Assembly (NCBI GenBank): GCA_048886685.1
Contig: JBHLKM010000024.1
Span: 1,202-41,170, forward strand
Reading direction: 5' to 3'
Source: Candidatus Hodarchaeota archaeon
Lineage (GTDB): Archaea > Asgardarchaeota > Lokiarchaeia > Sigyniarchaeales > SOKP01
Length of the DNA stretch: 39,969 nt
The position numbers and the translations under genes were made by a program. Positions 1-8,580 of the stretch are shown here, one piece after another (position 1 is the stretch's first letter; each line of letters begins with the position of its first letter). The notes beneath the pieces were generated by a model that saw nothing but the letters and a program-made list of their open reading frames with translations, did not search any database and was not told the DNA's origin.

Positions 1-97
1 TGTCACTTATTTCAATATATCTTCTTTGTAGTTTTTGAAGTGTCTGAACCATTATACGATCAATACCATATATTTTGCATTTTGATAATATCACCAT
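1..97 (-). CDS. Possible 5' end of a gene running off the left edge
   Basis: The minus-strand frame is open from ATG at 97 (alternative ATG at 52) to the window edge: MVILSKCKIYGIDRIMVQTLQKLQRRYIEISD. GGAGG lies next to the first ATG and a T6C-TATA motif is at 104-118. The start is uncertain. Confidence 0.3.
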   Translation of the reverse strand, partial: MVILSKCKIYGIDRIMVQTLQKLQRRYIEISD

Positions 98-177
98 CCT
101 CCCTATATAAAGAAAAAATATATTCAATCTTGAGTTAAGACTTTTTTCTTTAAATATTTCTAAATGATCAAAATAAT

Positions 178-1344
178 ATGATACAACCTGAAAATATTTG
201 CGGAAAATGTATATTGCCTGATGGATTCTTAGGAGTTCATCTCGATGATCAAGGATTATGTGAGTTCTGCTCAGATCTTGATCATAAGAACATAAGTTGG
301 GCTCGAACCGAAATAAACCAAGAAAGAAGAGATGCTGCTCTTGAGGATTGGGATTCAGTTGTACGTCAAATGCAACGAGATCATGGGAACCAGATTTATG
401 ACTGTGTACTTGGATACTCTGGTGGAAAAGATTCTACTGCCTTACTTGATCATCTTGTAAACGATTTAAATCTCACTCCTTTAGCGGTTACCTCGGACAC
501 AGGATTCATGACTGATATTGCAAAAGGAAATATGAGAGATACATTAGAGAGAATCGAAGTAGATCATATCTTTATCGAAGACTCTTCGAAAACATTTATA
601 AAGCTCTACAAATGGCATTTTTTTCATCATGATTCAAATAAAACATTTTTAGCCAGACACATTTGCGACTATTGTTCTGATTTAATTCATAGCATTGTAG
701 TTAAAGAGGCGATGAAACATGGAATTAATTATGTATTATTCGGTTATTCTCCAGATCAAATCTTTCGATATTTCTATGAGATGCCACGCGACGAAGTTAT
801 TAAAGAGTGGAAGCCAGCATTGCTCGATGAACCTGTTTTTGAAGATTTTGACAGACAATGGTATCTAACTGATAAAGAAATTGAAAGCGAAAACATTCCC
901 AGAGTGCTTTTACCTTACCACGTAATCCCCTATAGAGAGCAAGACATCATTGAACTTGTAGAATCTAAAAATTTGATAAAGAAAGGACATGCTGACCCTC
1001 TCCTTACTAACTGTAATGTTGTTCATGCAGCAACCTTTTATGATTTCAATCGCTACGGAGGAATTTTATATGCTTATCAGTACGCTGAACTGGTACGCCA
1101 AAACCCAGAGGCAAGGAAGAAATGGCTCAGAATACTTAAGATATCAGCACCTCTAATTCTTGAGAATAAATTTAAACAGAGAGAAGTAAATCAATTTCTT
1201 GAAAAAATTGGAGTAACTCAAGAAGAAATGCTCGAACATATCAGGAGTCAATTAGCTCAAGATCCAAATAAATCTATAATTGAACGAAATATAGATATAT
1301 TTAGAAAGAAAAGAAGATCTAAACTGTCTATTCCTGTTCAATAA
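178..1344 (+). CDS. PP-loop (N-type ATP pyrophosphatase) protein, N-acetyl-sugar amidotransferase-like
   Basis: SGGKDS PP-loop motif in DCVLGYSGGKDS, N-terminal CxxC...CxxC and an internal CDYC. Confidence 0.75.
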   Translation: MIQPENICGKCILPDGFLGVHLDDQGLCEFCSDLDHKNISWARTEINQERRDAALEDWDSVVRQMQRDHGNQIYDCVLGYSGGKDSTALLDHLVNDLNLTPLAVTSDTGFMTDIAKGNMRDTLERIEVDHIFIEDSSKTFIKLYKWHFFHHDSNKTFLARHICDYCSDLIHSIVVKEAMKHGINYVLFGYSPDQIFRYFYEMPRDEVIKEWKPALLDEPVFEDFDRQWYLTDKEIESENIPRVLLPYHVIPYREQDIIELVESKNLIKKGHADPLLTNCNVVHAATFYDFNRYGGILYAYQYAELVRQNPEARKKWLRILKISAPLILENKFKQREVNQFLEKIGVTQEEMLEHIRSQLAQDPNKSIIERNIDIFRKKRRSKLSIPVQ

Positions 1345-1382
1345 TTTTTTTTTTATAAATTTCGTAATTAAAAGATGTTTTT

Positions 1383-1754
1383 TCAATCTCCCGTTGGTTT
1401 TATTGTAACTTTTTCCATTAGCAAAACGGATGTACGATTGGGAGCTCTTGTTCGATGCATTACACCCTTTGGTACAGTAAATCCTTGTTTTGGCTTCAAT
1501 TCGACTAATTTTTCTTCCAAATCAATTAGAAGTAATCCTTCAATGACATAGAAAAATTCGTCTTCTTTGTCATGCTTATGCCAATGGAATTCTCCTTCAA
1601 TAACTGCTAATCTAATTACAGAATCATTCACATTACAGAGGGATATATTCTGCCATTTTTTAGTACATTGTTTAATTAATTGTGTTATGTCAATTATCTC
1701 CAAGGGTTTATATTTTATTTCTAGATCAATTGAATATTTACTGTTGTTTTCCAT
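1383..1754 (-). CDS. Cupin-domain protein
   Basis: Cupin motif 1 GEFHWHKHDKEDEFFYVIEG and motif 2 GFTVPKGVMHRT. Confidence 0.9.
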   Translation of the reverse strand: MENNSKYSIDLEIKYKPLEIIDITQLIKQCTKKWQNISLCNVNDSVIRLAVIEGEFHWHKHDKEDEFFYVIEGLLLIDLEEKLVELKPKQGFTVPKGVMHRTRAPNRTSVLLMEKVTIKPTGD

Positions 1755-1899
1755 TATTCACTCTCCAAATTGTTTTTTATTGATAGACGAACTTTATCAA
1801 TTACTCATAGATGTTATATTTTCATATTATTTTTTTCTTTAAAAGATCCTCTAAGACTTTAGATTTTTTCTTTATATATGCATGATAAAATTATCAGTT

Positions 1900-3405
1900 A
1901 TGAAGCTTAAACTTTTATTTGCAGAAAATTATCTCGCAATGACGTCAAAAAACGTTGTCTTACGAGATCCTAGTAATTTTTTGGAATTCTTATACACAAA
2001 TTATCCGCAACATAAGCAATGGATTACCCCTGAAGTGTTCAAACAATATCAACCATGGCCAAAAGATTATATTTATACAGAAGGAGAAGATATGGCTTCA
2101 AATATTACAGGTTGTTTTATAAAAAGCAATTTACAAACACAAGTAGATATTATTGAAGGACGATGTACTGTAAAAAAATTAGCTTGCGCATTGAAGAAAA
2201 ATAAATATACACATGTAGCCTTTAGTGTGTTTTCTTCTGATTTTTCTGAGTTTATAAGATGTACGGAATATATTAGGCATCATTATCCCAAAATAAAGAT
2301 AATAGCGGGAAATATTGGAGCCTTATTCGAAGGAACTGATAAATATGTTGACTATGTCTGTCGGGAAAGAGGAGTACCATACTTGCGAAATCTGTTTGAT
2401 GAAGATCAAGGTAAACCCTTTAAATCAGCTTACAGTCCTTATGAATATGATGTCTGCTATAAGGATAACAAAATAAGACGATATAATTTGTTAGTTGTAA
2501 CCAAGATTGGATGTCCCCACCGGTGTGATTTTTGTAGTACTAATAAATACTTTAAGGGAAAACATTCAAAAGAGTTAGTTTCTCCCAATGAAGTACATGA
2601 TGCTATATTGGAACATCGTAGAAAACTAGGAAATAAAAATTTCAATATCCATATGGCAGAACCTACTGCCATCATCAATAAAAACTGGTGGTATGAACTT
2701 TTTGAGCTCTTTGAACAGGAAAAAGGAGATTATCCTGTAATTGCAGCAACTACGACCAATTCACTGAGAAATTTAGATTTTGAACGATTAAGTAATTCTG
2801 CTATGCGATTTGAAATGGTCTATATTGGAGTAGAAGATTTTAATAGAACATATAACAAAAATGACAGCATTGATATCCAAGAACTTATTGACATGCTTAT
2901 AGGGTATGGAATAGGTGTCTATACCTCTTATATTATTGGGTTTCCGCATCAAACTTTAGATGAGATCTGGGATGGAGTTAAGCAGTTTGCAGATTTACAT
3001 CCAACCTGGTGGGAAGTTCATAATCTAAAGGTCTATCCAGGAAGTCCATTCTGGAATAAGATAAAAAGGGATGATAGGTATGTTGATATCCCTCTTGATT
3101 TTCGGTGTATGCATGGTTTCCAGCAATTTAAAGATGAGAATTTTAGAATAGGTTTTGCAGATTTATGGCCATTGATGTATGAAATTCAGCGATATATTGA
3201 AGCAGCAAACGGACCAATAGTTACAAATCTATGCAAAGTATATAAAAACTTAATAAAAACCCATGATATTAACAATAAATTATTTAGACGTACTTTACAA
3301 TGGTATAAAGCGATTTCTAAGGAAATATTTCCTGTGTGGAAGCTTTATTTTGAGCCAAACACTTACCAAAAAGAAAATTATTTAGAAAAAAGTCAAATTG
3401 CTTAA
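1900..3405 (+). CDS. B12-binding-domain radical SAM protein
   Basis: CxxxCxxC motif (GCPHRCDFC), N-terminal B12-binding-like segment (KIIAGNIGA), and IGVED, IIGFP and YPGSP motifs. Start moved from 1882 to ATG 1900 to fit the promoter spacing. Confidence 0.8.
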   Translation: MKLKLLFAENYLAMTSKNVVLRDPSNFLEFLYTNYPQHKQWITPEVFKQYQPWPKDYIYTEGEDMASNITGCFIKSNLQTQVDIIEGRCTVKKLACALKKNKYTHVAFSVFSSDFSEFIRCTEYIRHHYPKIKIIAGNIGALFEGTDKYVDYVCRERGVPYLRNLFDEDQGKPFKSAYSPYEYDVCYKDNKIRRYNLLVVTKIGCPHRCDFCSTNKYFKGKHSKELVSPNEVHDAILEHRRKLGNKNFNIHMAEPTAIINKNWWYELFELFEQEKGDYPVIAATTTNSLRNLDFERLSNSAMRFEMVYIGVEDFNRTYNKNDSIDIQELIDMLIGYGIGVYTSYIIGFPHQTLDEIWDGVKQFADLHPTWWEVHNLKVYPGSPFWNKIKRDDRYVDIPLDFRCMHGFQQFKDENFRIGFADLWPLMYEIQRYIEAANGPIVTNLCKVYKNLIKTHDINNKLFRRTLQWYKAISKEIFPVWKLYFEPNTYQKENYLEKSQIA

Positions 3406-3486
3406 TTTTTTTTTTTAACCTTGAGAAGACGATTATAAATATTTAAAAAAAGTTATCTTAAATTATTTAAATTAAAAAAAAGGAAA

Positions 3487-4815
3487 TTAAAAGGAGATAT
3501 ATCTACGTGAGCCACACCAAGCTTTATCAAAGTTATTCTTGTAATTAATGATTCCTAAGATATAAATGCGAGCACTGACCCTGAAACCTACCCAGACTTC
3601 CAAACGAATACGCCTGATGTTTCGGTATATTAAATCATATAGATTAGCAACAAATTTAAAATAAAGTCTAAAATTGAGATCAATTCGATATAAGGTAGCC
3701 CACCATGCAGTTGCCTTTGCATGACAATTGCCTTCACCATAGACAGTTATAATTATATTATTTAGTTTATAACCACCATTCTTATAGATAAAACTGAGTG
3801 TTATGTCAAATCCAGCTTTAAATGAAGCCGAAAAGGATGAGAATCCTCCAAACTTAAAACTGGCGCTAAATTTGCGGTAAATACTTATTCCCATTGACAT
3901 TTTAAGTGCTCCAGTATAATATTCTTTATAATAGTCTATGTGACCCTGAAATCCAGTGAAAATTGGATCTACGCCAAATTCGATTGTTATTTCTCCTCTT
4001 TTATGGTAATACCAGCCATTAAGATATTCCCCTAAATTAGAATCCCACCTTTTGATATATTTAAGCCCTAGATAGTAATAATGTCCTTGAACTTTCAATT
4101 TGGCAGGACCTTCTTTCATTTCAAAAAAAAGTCCTGCTCCAAACAATGTATCCATAGAAGCTGCCTCCTCTCCAGATAGAATATCTATAGGATTTAGGAG
4201 ACGAGTTAAGAAATCACCTGCCATGTTTTTAACAATAAACCGGACTCTTTCTTTAGCTAAATTGGCTGCTTCTTCATTTAAAGGGAGTAATGTTTTCGAG
4301 AGTTGTCCTAGAATCGCAGTTTGAGCAACAAGACCATCAACGAATCCTTCGAAACCAACAACGTTCTTATTAGGAACATTCGTGTAATCATTTTCAGAGT
4401 AACAACTCATAAAAAAATGATTCTCTACTGGTGAGATTGTAAGCCAGATTCCTAAAGTTGACCATGAGGTTGAATTCTTCCCAACACTCATACCATAGTC
4501 AGTACCATGAAAGATATAAACGATATTTTCGGCATTTTTACCCATAATTTGCCGAAGATCATTCGAATTATCTATATTTACTAGTTCTATTTCATATGGT
4601 TCTTCTGCATAAGCATCATCTAAAAGATCATATGTGTCAAATGCAATAGTTTCGGTGAGTGGACTTGTTTGATCATAAAGGATTAACAAGTCTCTATCAT
4701 CTGGAGTTGTAGGTGATAATGAAAAGGCAGCTAAGGTTGTGCCAATTGTAAATATAAAGAGCAAAGTACAAACAAAAAGTGGTTTTTTCATTCCATTTAC
4801 AAGAGATTTTTTCAT
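3487..4815 (-). CDS. Secreted protein with a caspase/CHAT-like (clan CD) His-Cys domain and a basic beta-rich C-terminus
   Basis: N-terminal signal/TM segment, the IVYIFHG ... HFFMSCYS dyad pattern, and a C-terminal half of alternating aromatic/basic strands. SD-like GAGGT precedes the ATG. Confidence 0.55.
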   Translation of the reverse strand: MKKSLVNGMKKPLFVCTLLFIFTIGTTLAAFSLSPTTPDDRDLLILYDQTSPLTETIAFDTYDLLDDAYAEEPYEIELVNIDNSNDLRQIMGKNAENIVYIFHGTDYGMSVGKNSTSWSTLGIWLTISPVENHFFMSCYSENDYTNVPNKNVVGFEGFVDGLVAQTAILGQLSKTLLPLNEEAANLAKERVRFIVKNMAGDFLTRLLNPIDILSGEEAASMDTLFGAGLFFEMKEGPAKLKVQGHYYYLGLKYIKRWDSNLGEYLNGWYYHKRGEITIEFGVDPIFTGFQGHIDYYKEYYTGALKMSMGISIYRKFSASFKFGGFSSFSASFKAGFDITLSFIYKNGGYKLNNIIITVYGEGNCHAKATAWWATLYRIDLNFRLYFKFVANLYDLIYRNIRRIRLEVWVGFRVSARIYILGIINYKNNFDKAWCGSRRYISF

Positions 4816-4915
4816 CTTTTTATACCTCTTTTTTTTTGATAAAGTTCTACTTTTTTACATACGGTATAAAGTATGTATAAAAGGTGTCATCTGAAGAATT
4901 TTTAGGATTCTATTT

Positions 4916-4949
4916 AAATCAATATGGTGAATTCATATCATATTGATTT
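4916..4949. promoter_or_regulatory. Perfect 11-bp inverted repeat (operator or terminator hairpin)
   Basis: AAATCAATATG (4916-4926) and CATATTGATTT (4939-4949), between the wHTH gene and the promoter of the secreted protein. Confidence 0.45.
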
Positions 4950-5020
4950 CTACAACAATAATTCAGATTAAAAGATTTACCCAATATTAAAAACTGGAAT
5001 AATAATAAAAAGTAGAATTT

Positions 5021-5671
5021 TCAAGTACTCTTTGAAAAATATAGAATTTCTTTTGGTGAGACTTTTTTCTTTTCAATCAAGCCAAATTCTTCAAGATTAC
5101 TGAGATATTTCTTAATTGTTTTTGGATGCATTTGTAATTTTGATGCTAACCCGAGTTGTGTAATACCTAAGTCATTCTCTTTAAGAAAATTAAGTATTCT
5201 CTTACTCTTTTCTGTTATAGTTGTAAAGTAAAGCTTTTGAACTTCATCAATACCTAGATTTGAATCGTAAAATATTTCGTGTTTTTCCATCATTGTTTTC
5301 TTGATAAAATCAAATTTTAAAAGAATGTTTACATGCCAGTAAACAACATGATTACCCATTTTCAGCTCTTTTACAATTTTATTAAAATAAGTTCCTGGAT
5401 TTTCTGTAATGTATTCAAAAATTCTTTTTCTTTTTAGATTGTTCAATACAATATCTTTAGTTAATTTAGATCCTTCAACAATCCTTCTCTTTTTTATTAG
5501 AGATTCTATATACTTAATAATTCCTTCTTCATTGATATTAATTGAAAGGTTTGTAAAGTAGGATTTAATGTGATTAACCACGTCATTCTTCTTAAGGATT
5601 TTGTTTTGATTTAAATAATCTTGAATAGCATTGAACACCAACTCTTCCCCGTTAATGCTTTTAAGTGTCAT
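5021..5671 (-). CDS. Tandem winged-helix transcriptional regulator
   Basis: Two wHTH-like segments: RKRIFEYITENPGTYFNKIVKELKMGNHVVYWHVNIL and ITQLGLASKLQMHPKTIKKYLSNLEEFGLI. Confidence 0.8.
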   Translation of the reverse strand: MTLKSINGEELVFNAIQDYLNQNKILKKNDVVNHIKSYFTNLSININEEGIIKYIESLIKKRRIVEGSKLTKDIVLNNLKRKRIFEYITENPGTYFNKIVKELKMGNHVVYWHVNILLKFDFIKKTMMEKHEIFYDSNLGIDEVQKLYFTTITEKSKRILNFLKENDLGITQLGLASKLQMHPKTIKKYLSNLEEFGLIEKKKVSPKEILYFSKST

Positions 5672-5710
5672 ATTTAAAATATCATAGGAGAAATTAGAAA
5701 CAGGATATTC

Positions 5711-6574
5711 CTATTCTGTTGATAAAAATTTGTACACCATATCGTAAAGAATCTTTTCACGTTCGGAGGGTGTTAATCCTAGCAAATCTTTGATAAATTC
5801 TTCTCGATCATTTTCAGTCCAGTCAAATTTTTCTATGATCTCCATAAAATCTTTTTGTATTGTTGTCAGCTTATGATTTGAAATCATCTCTAAAACATCC
5901 AATCCTTCCTTTCTAATGATTTCATATGTGAATAGAGTTATACCGATAATGAATAAAATTTGAGAAAAATAAGGTGAAACTAAGCCACTTGAAATAAGGA
6001 AATCCGTCTGTAATATAAAAGCAACCGCTACTATGATTAAAGCTATTAAAGTGACAATTGCCATTTTTCTTAATTCTCCAGCGGTTTTTCTACTGAGATA
6101 AAGATATACTAGTAATGCAACTCCAGTCTCAATACTTATTAGAACATAATTAACATAACGAATAATAAGTACTAAATCGGGGAAGAAAATAAGAAAAATA
6201 ACATTAATGGCAATAGTAATTGTTGTAGCGTAACTGAATATATATTTGGTGTTTACTATCTCTTTTTCACCCACAAAAATTATGGATATTAAAGATATAT
6301 ATCCAAATATATACGCTATTGACAGGAAACGAAAATATAGTTCAGATTCTCCAAATACATCCCGTTCAAAATCAGAAAGGGTGAAAAATAGTCCTAAACC
6401 TATACATGAAAAACAAAAAATAGAAAATGCAAGGTAAAAATCTCTTTTAACCTTTTTTTCCTTGGGAGTCTTAAGCATCTTATTAATTAATAAAGTTCCA
6501 TTTACTACAAGATAACACGCTGTGACTATCCACAAGATTGCCTTAAGCGTTATATCATATGGTAAATATCCCAT
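5711..6574 (-). CDS. Multi-pass (about 7 TM) membrane protein, possible sensor
   Basis: About seven hydrophobic segments and a soluble helical C-terminal tail. Lies directly upstream of the wHTH gene in the same orientation. Confidence 0.65.
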   Translation of the reverse strand: MGYLPYDITLKAILWIVTACYLVVNGTLLINKMLKTPKEKKVKRDFYLAFSIFCFSCIGLGLFFTLSDFERDVFGESELYFRFLSIAYIFGYISLISIIFVGEKEIVNTKYIFSYATTITIAINVIFLIFFPDLVLIIRYVNYVLISIETGVALLVYLYLSRKTAGELRKMAIVTLIALIIVAVAFILQTDFLISSGLVSPYFSQILFIIGITLFTYEIIRKEGLDVLEMISNHKLTTIQKDFMEIIEKFDWTENDREEFIKDLLGLTPSEREKILYDMVYKFLSTE

Positions 6575-6822
6575 GTTTCTAAAATTTATTTCAATTTTTG
6601 ATTATTTTAATATTCTTGGTATTTTTTAAATATTGTGGTTGTTGTAGAACCTTTTTTAAAAATAATGTGATTGTCCTTTAATTTAAGTAATACTAAAGTA
6701 AATTAAAAACACTTTGGTTAAATTTCTTTTTCTCTATGCTTTTATTTTATCTCGAATTCTTTTGATCGTCTTATTTTTCTCGAAAGCTACATGTTTCCTT
6801 TTCGGTGTACAATGAGGGAAAA

Positions 6823-8082
6823 TTAAATGTCTATTGCTTCGGTATACTCATAGCTACATGCCAAGACCTTTAATAACTCCTGCCCTTCCTTTATCAACTG
6901 AATAGTACTACTAATTTTTCCATCAAAAATGCTAAAAAGGATATGATCTTTAAACAACTCATTCTTAGTTGAATATTTCCAGCTTGGTATATATCCTTTT
7001 GCGGTTAATCCTGCATTATGAAAAATTTTTTGATGTTCCGGTTTGTACGCAGACACGAATACTTCACAGTATCTTACTCCTAATTCTTCTCTGCATCTTA
7101 TAAACTCCTCCATAAACACTTGAAGTTGCTCTAGGGTTTTCACTTTGTATTTAGTTTTTTCGAAATTCTGTACCTGAGGGGTGTAGAGAAACTGGAAATA
7201 GGAATCAGAATTTTTTATCGTAAATGTTATCGTTTCATACCCAAATTTATCTTTTACAATACATTTATGAATATTCTTCCTTAGTGCCTTAAGTTTTGAA
7301 CTGTCTAATTCAATTTCAGGGGTTTGAATGGCATAAGATCCTAAATTATAACGCTTATTGGAGTATTGAAAACATGGTTCCACATCAGAAATAATATTTG
7401 GACATTCTTTTGTTCGAAGGATGGTTAAGGATCGCTCGTCATAGAGAATTTGCATTAAATCAGACTCAATTTTTCCTAGAAACACGTCTTTATTAGGATA
7501 GAAGGCAATTGGAGCAATACCACATACCCACATTGAATACTGAGATTTTGCATGAGCCGTACGGTTTTCTACATACCAATTGTAAATTCTATCCTTAAAA
7601 TTGTGGATCATTCCCAACATAGAACCGATCATCGCTTTTGTAATATCGATATATCCCTGATATTTCTTTTTTAGCATAAAACCCCGGATATACCCGCGTT
7701 TATTTTTGAAATCTAACACAAATGTTACACATCCAGCAATATTATAAGAGGGATCTTGATAAATTATCCATTGAACATTAGGATCTTCGATAAGTTTTCT
7801 AACTTCCCTTACATCCTCCATCTCTTTATAGGGATACGTTCCATCATATAACTCTTTATAAATTTCTGTAATCTCCTTTGCATCTTCTGGTCGTGCTAAT
7901 CGCAAAATAGGGCTTATTTTATGTTGATGGTCTCTTTCAGAAATCTCGAAATCAAGATGCATCCCTTGTTTAATTTCAGCATTAATCACGTTTTTGAAGG
8001 GCTCCAAAAATTCATGAGTGAAACAGGGAAATAATTCACGTAATGAAACTATGTTTTCCACATAGATTTGTTTTGAAAACAT
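6823..8082 (-). CDS. GNAT-family acetyltransferase-like protein
   Basis: LRLARPEDAKEITEIYKELYDGTYPY start of the GNAT fold, RGFMLKKKYQG acetyl-CoA-binding-like segment, and a probable second degenerate GNAT repeat. Confidence 0.65.
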   Translation of the reverse strand: MFSKQIYVENIVSLRELFPCFTHEFLEPFKNVINAEIKQGMHLDFEISERDHQHKISPILRLARPEDAKEITEIYKELYDGTYPYKEMEDVREVRKLIEDPNVQWIIYQDPSYNIAGCVTFVLDFKNKRGYIRGFMLKKKYQGYIDITKAMIGSMLGMIHNFKDRIYNWYVENRTAHAKSQYSMWVCGIAPIAFYPNKDVFLGKIESDLMQILYDERSLTILRTKECPNIISDVEPCFQYSNKRYNLGSYAIQTPEIELDSSKLKALRKNIHKCIVKDKFGYETITFTIKNSDSYFQFLYTPQVQNFEKTKYKVKTLEQLQVFMEEFIRCREELGVRYCEVFVSAYKPEHQKIFHNAGLTAKGYIPSWKYSTKNELFKDHILFSIFDGKISSTIQLIKEGQELLKVLACSYEYTEAIDI

Positions 8083-8214
8083 TGTATTTTTTTATGAATA
8101 AACTCTCTCTTCTCACATTTTATTAGAAATTAAAGACTATTCTTCCATACATATTTAAATAAAAAAATAGTAAAATTTTTCCTTTATATAGGGGGCAAGT
8201 TTATAACATAAAGG

Positions 8215-8580
8215 TCAGATAGGAGAATCTTCTTCTAATTTTTTAAGAAGGTTATGAATTAATTTCCCTACTTTCTGAAGGAGTTCATTTTTTTCTTTTA
8301 GTTCGTTCTGAATTTGTGAGGGAATCTCTTTTTCAGCAAAATTGTCAATTTGCTGTTGGTATGATATTTGTTTATGATAATAGGGAAAAATTTCTATAAT
8401 TTTACTCTTGAAATTTTCCCGATTCTCAATTATTGCCGTTCTTAGTTGTTTTGGATCTACTCTTCCCATCGCCACATTACGAATTAACTCCTTTAATAAT
8501 TCGAGTTCTTTTACGTCAAAAAAGATCTTTTCAATCATGTCGGATAAATTATGCTTTTGGCCATGTAGTTTATTGTTCAT
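8215..8580 (-). CDS. Hypothetical helical/coiled-coil protein, last gene of the membrane operon
   Basis: ATG at 8580 is preceded by GAGGAG and overlaps the 3' end of the 1261-aa gene. Confidence 0.6.
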   Translation of the reverse strand: MNNKLHGQKHNLSDMIEKIFFDVKELELLKELIRNVAMGRVDPKQLRTAIIENRENFKSKIIEIFPYYHKQISYQQQIDNFAEKEIPSQIQNELKEKNELLQKVGKLIHNLLKKLEEDSPI

